This document shows, one piece after another, positions 18,891 to 26,526 of a stretch of 56,821 nt of DNA (position 1 is the stretch's first letter; each line of letters starts with the position of its first letter). Made by a program: the position numbers and the translations under genes. Source of the DNA: Candidatus Levyibacteriota bacterium (lineage in GTDB: Bacteria > Patescibacteriota > Microgenomatia > Levybacterales > UBA12049); assembly GCA_009695045.1 (NCBI GenBank), contig SIBS01000002.1:92774-149594 (forward strand). The letters run 5' to 3'. The notes under the pieces are model-generated. The model ran no database searches, was not told where the DNA came from, and was given only the letters and a program-made list of their open reading frames with translations.

Positions 18891-20036
18891 TTAAATTTTC
18901 AGTAACCAGCGTATTGCTTTTTTAACATCTTCTGACAATTTAGATACCTTTAATATATTTTCATGATATGAGAAGTCTTTTATATCTTGAATTATTTTGC
19001 TTTCTATTTTTTTATCAACAATTATTTTTTCTAGCTTTGGTTCACCTTTAATTTTTTCTATTTTTTCAACAATTTTATATACTTTACTTTTTGAACCATC
19101 GGAATTTATAAAAGAAAATTCATCAAATGGAGCGCCAGCTTCCAGAATAAATGGGATAATAGCTACGATTCTTGAATTATTCCATACATTATCTAGTGCT
19201 GTAGCAAAATAAATTGATATTAAATCATCAGAAACTACCTTATTGGACCATCCGGTTTCAGTTATAAATACAGGGATATCTTTCCCGTTCGTTAATGACT
19301 CAATTAATCTTTTCTCATAAAGAAAACTTGTAATAGTTGTGGCACCTTTAATGCTTGGTGGCTGAGCAAATGCGGGATTTGGATAAGAATGACTTGCTAA
19401 ACCATCAATATTATTAAAAATACCAGGAATCGCATTATTCATTTCTCGAAAATAATCATATTGATTAATAGATACTCCTCTAACCGTGGCAGCACCATTA
19501 TCCATTCCTGAAGATATAATAAAGAAATCTTTATTTATTGATTTAAAAATTTCAATTGAATAATTTAATATATCAGCATATTCTGAAGGATTAGTTGACC
19601 CTCCCCATTCATCACTTCTATTTACTTCATTAAAAATGATTATATAGCGATTAGTTATTGGCCATGTTAAAGAATCTAAAAAATTTGCAAAATCAAGAAT
19701 ATCCCAATATTTGGGCTTGCTCCAAACCAAGGAATTGAAATAATCAATCTCTGTTGCTATTCGAATAATTGGGATTATATGTAATTCCTTAGCATCATCC
19801 ATAAATTTTTGCCATTTTAATAAATCTTTATCTCCTGCTTGAATTGGAATAACTACGTATCCCCAGTCTCCATTTGCATTTACCAATTTTGCAGCATTTA
19901 TAATCTCAGATGGAAATAATATATGTATGCCTATTTTATTATTTGGCACATCAAGCGGATTTTCTATTGCATATGCAGGCATAATTCTAAATATTGATAA
20001 TAAGATTGTAAGCAAAAATACATAAATAAATTTCAT
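18891..20036 (-). CDS. Secreted glycoside-hydrolase-like TIM-barrel protein (clan GH-A-like)
   Basis: N-terminal signal peptide, FNEVN (candidate acid/base Glu) and FITETGW (candidate nucleophile Glu) at GH5-like spacing. Confidence 0.55.
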   Translation of the reverse strand: MKFIYVFLLTILLSIFRIMPAYAIENPLDVPNNKIGIHILFPSEIINAAKLVNANGDWGYVVIPIQAGDKDLLKWQKFMDDAKELHIIPIIRIATEIDYFNSLVWSKPKYWDILDFANFLDSLTWPITNRYIIIFNEVNRSDEWGGSTNPSEYADILNYSIEIFKSINKDFFIISSGMDNGAATVRGVSINQYDYFREMNNAIPGIFNNIDGLASHSYPNPAFAQPPSIKGATTITSFLYEKRLIESLTNGKDIPVFITETGWSNKVVSDDLISIYFATALDNVWNNSRIVAIIPFILEAGAPFDEFSFINSDGSKSKVYKIVEKIEKIKGEPKLEKIIVDKKIESKIIQDIKDFSYHENILKVSKLSEDVKKAIRWLLKI

Positions 20037-20043
20037 ACTTTTA

Positions 20044-20051
20044 ATTATACA
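20044..20051 (-). promoter_or_regulatory. extended -10 TGTATAAT, 7 nt before the ATG of the GH-like gene
   Basis: The minus strand reads TGTATAATtaaaagtATG. Confidence 0.4.
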
Positions 20052-20080
20052 TTACATAGATAACAAAATATAATTTCACA

Positions 20081-20089
20081 TGATATAAT
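20081..20089 (+). promoter_or_regulatory. extended -10 TGATATAAT, 7 nt before the ATG of the AI-2E transporter gene
   Basis: TGATATAATaaaaaagATG. Confidence 0.4.
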
Positions 20090-20096
20090 AAAAAAG

Positions 20097-21068
20097 ATGA
20101 GATTATTTAAGGATAATATAATTATAAATGCAATAATTTTTGTATTCTTACTGTGGTTTATATATACAATTCAAGAATTATTAATTAGCATATTTATTGC
20201 TTATATTATTGCATCTGCATTAAATTCATTCATTGATTTTTTAGAAATAAATGGCATCCCTAGATGGCTTGGCGTCCTTTTATCATTTATATCTATTACT
20301 GCAGGCATAGCAATCATAATTATTCCTTTAATTCCATTTTTACTTTCCCAGATGCAATCTCTTCTTACTGTACTTCCTCAGTATATAGAGCAGGTTATAA
20401 AAATAACAAATTCAAATATTGATACTAATCAAGTAAAAGGATTTATTTTTGATCAAATTAACACATGGAGTCAAAATATTTTCGGAGTAACAAAAGCTGT
20501 ATTTGGAGGTTTTTTTAATCTTTTGCTAATTCTCTTTATCAGCTTTAATTTACTTATTGACAGAAATAAAATTGGAAAATATGCTATTACATTATTCCCT
20601 GAAAATTTAAAAGATAAAATTATAAAATCTTTTATACTAGGGGAGAGACAATTAGGCGCATGGCTACGTGGTCAAATTACTCTCTGCATATTTATGGGTC
20701 TAATTACGTGGATTGCATTATCTATGCTACATTTTGAATTTGCTCTTCCTCTTGCATTATTGGTAAGCCTATTTGAAGCAATACCCACTATTGGACCAAT
20801 TATTTCATCTATTCCTGCAATTATTATAGCAATGACAATTTCACCACAAATGACAGCGATTATAATCATTATCTATGTGGGCATGAATATGTTAGAAAAT
20901 AATATACTTGTACCCAAGATTATGGAAAAAGCAGTAGGAATTCATCCAGTTATAATTGTTTTATCAATCGCAATTGGTGCAAAATTACTAGGCATTCTCG
21001 GAGCATTATTAGCGGTACCTTTTATATCACTTGTTTTTACATTTTATATTGCTATGCGTGAAAAATAA
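20097..21068 (+). CDS. AI-2E family transporter (PerM-like permease)
   Basis: 323 aa, multi-TM, with the conserved C-terminal ...IPTIGPIISSIPAIIIA....LVPKIMEKAVGIHPVIIVLS...G..L.GILGALLAVP pattern. Confidence 0.8.
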   Translation: MRLFKDNIIINAIIFVFLLWFIYTIQELLISIFIAYIIASALNSFIDFLEINGIPRWLGVLLSFISITAGIAIIIIPLIPFLLSQMQSLLTVLPQYIEQVIKITNSNIDTNQVKGFIFDQINTWSQNIFGVTKAVFGGFFNLLLILFISFNLLIDRNKIGKYAITLFPENLKDKIIKSFILGERQLGAWLRGQITLCIFMGLITWIALSMLHFEFALPLALLVSLFEAIPTIGPIISSIPAIIIAMTISPQMTAIIIIIYVGMNMLENNILVPKIMEKAVGIHPVIIVLSIAIGAKLLGILGALLAVPFISLVFTFYIAMREK

Positions 21069-21096
21069 CCCTAAAATATATTAAGTGCATATATTA

Positions 21097-21957
21097 TTAT
21101 TTTTTAAGCAAGTCTATTATAATCGACATATCCCTATCTCCTAATCCTTTTTTTATTACTTTTCGATAAATATCTACAATCTTATCTAGCATAGGTAGTT
21201 TAATACTATTTTTTTTTGCTTCTTTATTTGCAAGCAGTAAATCTTTCATCATATTAGAAGCAGAGAATAAAAGCGGGAAATCATCTGTAACAAAATTAAA
21301 AATTTTAAGATTCATGAATTCAGACATTGCAGGAGATGTTTTAAGAACATCAGATACTTTTTTTCTTGAAAGCCCCATGGCATCTGCCAATAACATTCCC
21401 TCTGCTAAAGACTCTATACTTGTAGCAATAAGATGATTATTAATTAATTTAATTGCCTGACCACAACCGATTGGACCCATATATTGAAGATTATTTCCTA
21501 TTGATGCAAGGATAGATTTTATTTTTTCATATATTTTTTCATCTCCTCCAATAAAAATAGTTAGATTTCCCGTGATAGCTTTTGGCGTACTACCAGTAAC
21601 AGGAGCATCTATAAAATCTATACGTTTTTGAGATAATTTTAATGCAATATTTTTAGCAAATGATGGTCCAATTGTGCTCATGTCTACAACTATTAATCCT
21701 TCATTTGCACCATTTACTACTCCATTGTCACCAAAAAGTATAAGTTCCAAATCTCTACCAGCTGTTACCATAGTAATTACGACATCAACAACCCTTGCTA
21801 AATCCATAGGAGAATCTACGACCTTTGCACCAAGATCAAAAAGCTCTTTTGTTTTTTCTTTTGTGCGATTATATACTGTAAGCTCAAATCCTTTTTCAAG
21901 AATATTTTTACTCATGGGAATGCCCATTAATCCCATACCTATAAATCCAACTCTCAT
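21097..21957 (-). CDS. NAD(P)-dependent oxidoreductase, 3-hydroxyisobutyrate/6-phosphogluconate dehydrogenase-like
   Basis: Rossmann motif VGFIGMGLMGIPMSKNI.....L.VYNRT, followed by DAPVTGS and an NAD-binding 11 C-terminal domain pattern. Confidence 0.82.
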   Translation of the reverse strand: MRVGFIGMGLMGIPMSKNILEKGFELTVYNRTKEKTKELFDLGAKVVDSPMDLARVVDVVITMVTAGRDLELILFGDNGVVNGANEGLIVVDMSTIGPSFAKNIALKLSQKRIDFIDAPVTGSTPKAITGNLTIFIGGDEKIYEKIKSILASIGNNLQYMGPIGCGQAIKLINNHLIATSIESLAEGMLLADAMGLSRKKVSDVLKTSPAMSEFMNLKIFNFVTDDFPLLFSASNMMKDLLLANKEAKKNSIKLPMLDKIVDIYRKVIKKGLGDRDMSIIIDLLKK

Positions 21958-22002
21958 TCAATTATATTATCATAATTATTCATCGTTGGGAGAATATTAT
22001 TA

Positions 22003-22022
22003 ATATATATATATATATATAT
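22003..22022. repeat. (AT)10 dinucleotide microsatellite
   Basis: 20 nt of uninterrupted AT repeat, 46 nt upstream of the oxidoreductase start and 55 nt downstream of the hflX stop. Confidence 0.95.
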
Positions 22023-22076
22023 GATAAGATTAAATAAATCTTCTAATTTTAATTAGAAATATAAAAAAATAAGTAA

Positions 22077-23195
22077 TTATATAGACTTGAATTTTTTATT
22101 TAATATTTCAAAAAGTTCCTGTATCCCTTCATCCTTTTTAACTGATATAAATTGTGGACTAAACTTATCATAAAGAATCTGAATACCTTCTTTATTTATT
22201 GCTTCTTTTGCATCTATTTTATTAAAAATATATATTTTTTTTGTTTCACTTATTCCTAGATCTCGAATTATTTCTTCAACTATGGCAATTTTTTTATGCA
22301 TATCTTCATCGGATGCATCAATAACATGGAGCAAGATATCGGCATGAATAGATTCTGAAAGAGTAGATTTAAATGCATCAATTAGCTTGGGTGGGAGATT
22401 TTTAATAAATCCTATTGTATCTGATATGATAACTTCTTTTTGCAAATTTTCTAAATATATTTTTCCAACAGTGCTATCAAGTGTTGAAAATAAAGCATTT
22501 TCAACAAGCTTTTTTTTCCTAACTAGCCTATTGAATAATGATGTTTTTCCAGCATTGGTATAGCCTATAATCGAAATTGTTTTAAGTCCTATTTTTCGTC
22601 GCCTATCGAGTTGCTTATTTCTCTCATCCATTAATTTTATTAATCTTTCTTTTACCGTTTTCATTTGATCCCTCCAGTGTCGCTTCATGAGTTCTGTATT
22701 TGTCTCTCCAATTCCCCTTGTGCCTATTCCACCTGCCTGACGAGACATTATCATGCCCATTCCAAAAACACGAGGACCCATATGTCGCATAAAAGCCAGC
22801 TCTATTTGTAGTTTTGCCTCAGCTGTTTTTGCATTTTTTGAAAAAATATTAAGAATAAGATCAACTCTATCCCATATCTTTATTGTAGGATGTTTTTTAG
22901 CAATTATTTTTTTTATTTCAAAAATCTCACCAGGCTTAACAATGTCATTGAATACAATTATATCTATCATTTTTTCCACTACTACTTCTGCTGTTTCATC
23001 AATTTTTCCCTTACCAATATACATACCTTTATCATGTATTTCTCTTTTTTGTGTAATTAAATCCACCACTTTTCCACCAAATGCTTCAACAAGTGATTTT
23101 AATTCTTTAAGATCTTTCAAGGCATAATCATCCGTAATATTATCGGGAAATGCACCAACTAGCAAAAATTTCTTCAATGAATTAGTTTCATTCAT
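22077..23195 (-). CDS. hflX: GTPase HflX
   Basis: HflX N-terminal domain (LKELKSLVEAFGG), IGYTNAGKTSLFN (G1), DTIGF (G3) and NKID (G4). TATAAT at 23203-23208 lies 7 nt before the ATG. Confidence 0.9.
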   Translation of the reverse strand: MNETNSLKKFLLVGAFPDNITDDYALKDLKELKSLVEAFGGKVVDLITQKREIHDKGMYIGKGKIDETAEVVVEKMIDIIVFNDIVKPGEIFEIKKIIAKKHPTIKIWDRVDLILNIFSKNAKTAEAKLQIELAFMRHMGPRVFGMGMIMSRQAGGIGTRGIGETNTELMKRHWRDQMKTVKERLIKLMDERNKQLDRRRKIGLKTISIIGYTNAGKTSLFNRLVRKKKLVENALFSTLDSTVGKIYLENLQKEVIISDTIGFIKNLPPKLIDAFKSTLSESIHADILLHVIDASDEDMHKKIAIVEEIIRDLGISETKKIYIFNKIDAKEAINKEGIQILYDKFSPQFISVKKDEGIQELFEILNKKFKSI

Positions 23196-23260
23196 ATTTT
23201 TAATTATACTTTATGAGGTCAAAATTAAGCTTATCAATTAAAGCTTAAAATTATTTAATA

Positions 23261-23291
23261 AAAAAGCTTAGTATAAATACTAAGCTTTTTT
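23261..23291 (-). terminator. Rho-independent-type hairpin between tRNA-Glu and hflX
   Basis: A 13-bp perfect stem AAAAAGCTTAGTA / TACTAAGCTTTTT with a TAAA loop and A/T runs on both sides. It starts 2 nt after the tRNA-Glu 3' end. Confidence 0.55.
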
Positions 23292-23292
23292 G

Positions 23293-23366
23293 TGCTGTGT
23301 AGGGGAGTCGAACCCCTGATTCTCGGGCTGAAAACCCGATGTCCTAGGCCACTAGACGAACACAGC
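23293..23366 (-). tRNA. tRNA-Glu (anticodon UUC), CCA not encoded
   Basis: The reverse complement folds as GCTGTGT..TCGGG-TTTTCAG-CCCGA..AGGGG-TTCGACT-CCCCT-ACACAGC-A. Confidence 0.9.
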
Positions 23367-23447
23367 TCTGCTCTCATTATACAAAAAAATATGTATATGG
23401 GCAAGTTTATGAATTAATTTATTATTTCGTATTTTGTTATATTTACT

Positions 23448-23468
23448 TTCGATTAATCTTCGTATATT
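23448..23468 (+). promoter_or_regulatory. TTCG-N7-TTCGTA direct repeat fused to TATATT, 8 nt before the ATG of the 84-aa ORF
   Basis: TTCG at 23448-23451, TTCG at 23459-23462, TATATT at 23463-23468. This is the same architecture as in the lexA promoter. Confidence 0.35.
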
Positions 23469-23476
23469 GTAAGACT

Positions 23477-23731
23477 ATGCAAGAAATCAATGAGCCCATT
23501 AGTGTTATTTTTATTTATAATTCAAAAAAACGATATGCAAAACCATATAAAATAAATTGGAAAGAAAAAGATTATATAGTAGAAGAAGTTTGCATACATT
23601 ATTTTCAAGAAAAAAAAGGTATATTTCATCATATATATGTAATAAAATCTGGTAATACAATTATGGAAATTATCATGAATTCTCGCACACTTTTTTGGGA
23701 AATAGAGCGAATAGGAGATTTATTACAATAA
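23477..23731 (+). CDS. Hypothetical protein, 84 aa, no family recognised
   Basis: An isolated ORF with its own promoter-like sequence and a strong downstream terminator hairpin. No TM segment is present. Confidence 0.5.
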   Translation: MQEINEPISVIFIYNSKKRYAKPYKINWKEKDYIVEEVCIHYFQEKKGIFHHIYVIKSGNTIMEIIMNSRTLFWEIERIGDLLQ

Positions 23732-23774
23732 AAATATAATTAAAAAAACTTCTAGATAAATATTAGCCTCTAAA

Positions 23775-23810
23775 CAAAACCACCCTTATTAAGGAGTGGT
23801 TTTGTTTTTT
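23775..23810. terminator. Bidirectional rho-independent terminator
   Basis: Stem CAAAACCAC(CCTT)/(AAGG)aGTGGTTTTG followed by TTTTTT on the plus strand. It lies 44 nt after the 84-aa ORF and 10 nt after the stop of the convergent membrane gene. Confidence 0.7.
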
Positions 23811-23819
23811 ATAATTTTA

Positions 23820-24479
23820 TTAAAACTTCTTTCGAAGTTCTTCTAAAATATCCCTAGCCGTTGATTGTCCTCCTAAACCAAATGCCAATCCACCAGCAAT
23901 TGCAAGCATAGCAACAAATCCAGTAAATATAATACGTACTAATTCAGTTGCAACACCGAGTTGATTTAGCACTACTAGAAAAATAAACACATTAATTGCC
24001 CATCTCGATATATTTGCAATCGTACGTGCTGTTTCAGGTGTGACATTATGTACGGATGCCAATATGATATTATGAGAAAGTTTCGCAAAAACAAAACCAA
24101 CTAATGCTATAACTGCTGATACAAAAACGTTTGGCAGATATATAAAAAAGGTATTAAGTACTGTAAAAATTTGCGGCATTCCCCATAAATCAGCTGTAGG
24201 AATTAAGAAAATAATAACTACAAACCATCTTATAATTTCAGTCAAAATATTTGTCCATGAAAATTCTGACCTAGCTTCAGGAACATTGTATTTATTTAAA
24301 AAAGCTTCAACCTTTAATGTCTTAAGCATTTCTGCTGCTAATTGTCTTACTATTGAAGCTATGATAACCCCAACAACAAGAATAATAACACCTGCTATAA
24401 ATTTAGGCAGGAATAAAAACATCATTGAAAACGAGTTACTAAATGAACTCATAATTGGTAACCCAACATCGTTATACAT
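23820..24479 (-). CDS. Membrane protein with conserved-TM-helix repeats (MscS N-terminal-like, no channel beta-domain)
   Basis: 219 aa with 4-5 TM helices. The repeated pattern LPKFIAGVIILVVGVIIA..V is like the 'conserved TM helix' repeat. The family call is tentative. Confidence 0.45.
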   Translation of the reverse strand: MYNDVGLPIMSSFSNSFSMMFLFLPKFIAGVIILVVGVIIASIVRQLAAEMLKTLKVEAFLNKYNVPEARSEFSWTNILTEIIRWFVVIIFLIPTADLWGMPQIFTVLNTFFIYLPNVFVSAVIALVGFVFAKLSHNIILASVHNVTPETARTIANISRWAINVFIFLVVLNQLGVATELVRIIFTGFVAMLAIAGGLAFGLGGQSTARDILEELRKKF

Positions 24480-24484
24480 TTATT

Positions 24485-24492
24485 TCACCTCC
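24485..24492 (-). promoter_or_regulatory. Strong Shine-Dalgarno GGAGGTGA, 5 nt before the ATG at 24479
   Basis: The minus strand reads aaGGGAGGTGAaataaATG. It is one of very few canonical SD sequences I saw in the window. Confidence 0.6.
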
Positions 24493-24502
24493 CTTCATCT
24501 TA

Positions 24503-24532
24503 ATTTATTAAAAAATTAATTTTTTAATAAAT
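24503..24532. repeat. 30-bp perfect palindrome ATTTATTAAAAAATT|AATTTTTTAATAAAT
   Basis: All 15 base pairs were verified by hand. It lies 24 nt upstream of the membrane-protein start. Confidence 0.9.
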
Positions 24533-24593
24533 GATATTATTATGAGTTTATGGGGTTTAAATATTCTTGTCAAGTGGGCTATATTTCTATAAC

Positions 24594-24623
24594 TTGTCAA
24601 GGTAATGATGAGGCTGCTATAAT
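24594..24623 (+). promoter_or_regulatory. Possible promoter TTGTCA-18 nt-TATAAT upstream of tRNA-Lys(UUU)
   Basis: TTGTCA at 24594-24599 and TATAAT at 24618-24623. CTTGTCAAG also occurs at 24566-24574. The tRNA starts 81 nt downstream. Confidence 0.3.
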
Positions 24624-24704
24624 AATAGTGAAAGATTAATTAAATATTTACTAATAACATATTATAGTAATTTATATATTTTCTTAAAATTATTAATAAT
24701 TTCA

Positions 24705-24777
24705 GGGCCGGTAGCTCAGCGGTAGAGCAGGAGCCTTTTAAGCTCTTGGTCACAGGTTCAAATCCTGTCCGGCTCAC
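24705..24777 (+). tRNA. tRNA-Lys (anticodon UUU), CCA not encoded
   Basis: GGGCCGG-TA-GCTC-AGCGGTA-GAGC-A-GGAGC-CTTTTAA-GCTCT-TGGTC-ACAGG-TTCAAAT-CCTGT-CCGGCTC-A. Confidence 0.92.
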
Positions 24778-25283
24778 AAACATTTGACTGAGAAGTTGCA
24801 AAATTATTAACTAGATTGAATGTAGGCCATAATCAAGAGTTTGAAAAATCTGAATAATTATATTTCACTCCCTCCAGAAAAAGTAGCAGACAAACTAGAG
24901 GGACCCAAATTAGTAGATTATATTAATAGACATTTTGAAAATTAGATACAAAAGATAGTTTTAAATTAGAAAAAAATAAATTAATGAACCCAAAACTTGT
25001 ATTTGCATATATACCACTTAGTATAATTATTGAATATTTTATAAATAGATATGGACACAAAGAAACAAAAAAATAAGTGATCCATTTTGCGATTTATGGC
25101 ATATTGGAAGCTAATCCAAAGCACAACCACCAAATTAAATCTGATAAATTATGCATAAATAGAAATATCTCAGAAAATTCCCGTAGCCTGTTAATGCACT
25201 AGCGAAATCACTGATGGAGATTTAAAATCATATAAAAATTATCTTATATAATTCTTAATTTTAAATATTAATAAATTAATACA

Positions 25284-26216
25284 TTATTCATGTCCAGTCC
25301 AAAACTTTCGCATAAATAAATTATATTCTAAAGAATCATCACTCATTTCATTTTTTTTCATAATCTTTGGGTATTTAAAATTCTTCTTTTTAAAATATTC
25401 AATTACTAAACCATAATATTTATTATAATTATCATCAATTTGTTCTTCAAAAAATTTATCATTAAATGTATATATTTTCCAAACGATCTTATTTCCTTTG
25501 CCGATTTTTTCACGCATAAGTATTCTTTTTATTCCATTTAATCTATCCTTATCTATATTTGCAAATCGTCCATTAATAACTTTTTCCTCTTCTTCAGTTA
25601 TTTCACTGCTTCCAGGGAATTCATTTATTATTTCTACAATGTCTAAATTTCCATCATTATCTAAATCTTTTACTATAAAATCTTCTTTTTCTCCCGACCA
25701 AAACAAACAATTCTCTGGACCCTTTACCTTGTCAACAAAACATATTGGAATAATATTTTTTAATTTATCTTGTATTGAAAGAGCAAAAAACATAGTTTCA
25801 GAATAATTAGGACCAGCAGAAAAATCAAAACTTACAATTTTTATTTTAATTTTTGAAGATAGTAAATAAACCTTTCCACTATTAAGAATTGGCTCCGGCA
25901 ATAACATATATTTAGGTAATCTACCTAATTCTTTTTCATTTTTATCTAATGCAATTAAGGTGACAAAAGATAAATCTTTCTCTTTATCTATGATATTATC
26001 TTTTTTGACAGAAGCAACTCTGATTATTTCTTGATCTCCGTTACCATCTAGGTCTACTTTAATTTCTTGTAATTTATTATTTTTTTTCAAATCATCGTTA
26101 TTCAAATTATTGGAACTATTATTTTTTATAAAATAAAAATTATTGATAGAAAAAAATAATAAACAAAGTAATAAAATAATAAATATAATAATTTTTGATT
26201 TCTTAGATATATTCAT
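25284..26216 (-). CDS. Membrane-anchored or secreted hypothetical protein with two DxDxDG (FG-GAP/VCBS-like) calcium-binding motifs
   Basis: N-terminal hydrophobic anchor IIIFIILLLCLLFF, plus VDLDGNGDQEII and KDLDNDGNLDIVEI. Confidence 0.55.
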   Translation of the reverse strand: MNISKKSKIIIFIILLLCLLFFSINNFYFIKNNSSNNLNNDDLKKNNKLQEIKVDLDGNGDQEIIRVASVKKDNIIDKEKDLSFVTLIALDKNEKELGRLPKYMLLPEPILNSGKVYLLSSKIKIKIVSFDFSAGPNYSETMFFALSIQDKLKNIIPICFVDKVKGPENCLFWSGEKEDFIVKDLDNDGNLDIVEIINEFPGSSEITEEEEKVINGRFANIDKDRLNGIKRILMREKIGKGNKIVWKIYTFNDKFFEEQIDDNYNKYYGLVIEYFKKKNFKYPKIMKKNEMSDDSLEYNLFMRKFWTGHE

Positions 26217-26235
26217 TGTATTTAAGTTAATTTTT

Positions 26236-26483
26236 AATATTTATTTAGAGGCAATTTTTTATTTTTTAATTCATTTAGCTCTGTGATAACCCCAAAATAT
26301 GCACCTTTTGCCATTTGAATAACTGCTTTATCATAAACTAATTTATCTCCAAATGGATTTGTACATAAAAATCCACCTGGATTATTTTTATAACTTCTTC
26401 TAATAATTCAATTTTACTAGGACCTTCCTTAAATTGTTTTTTCTGTCTTTATGTAGTTGAGTAAATATATTTCTTTCAGTCAT
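26236..26483 (-). pseudogene. Degraded ORF spread over three reading frames (two apparent frameshifts at poly-A runs)
   Basis: Frame a reads MTERNIFTQLHKDRKNNLRKVLVKLNY*. The -1 frame continues KKQFKEGPSKIELLEEVIK. A third frame reads NNPGGFLCTNPFGDKLVYDKAVIQMAKGAYFGVITELNELKNKKLPLNKY*. Confidence 0.35.
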
Positions 26484-26526
26484 TTTTTATTTAATATACA
26501 TTATAAATTAAACTTACAAAATGAGA

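Noticed and set aside
23225-23291. Four AAGCTT (HindIII-site) motifs within 66 nt as a special element.
   Set aside because: They are explained by two adjacent hairpins (TTAAGCTT/AAGCTTAA and the 13-bp terminator stem) that reuse the same palindromic core. This is most simply terminator structure after tRNA-Glu.
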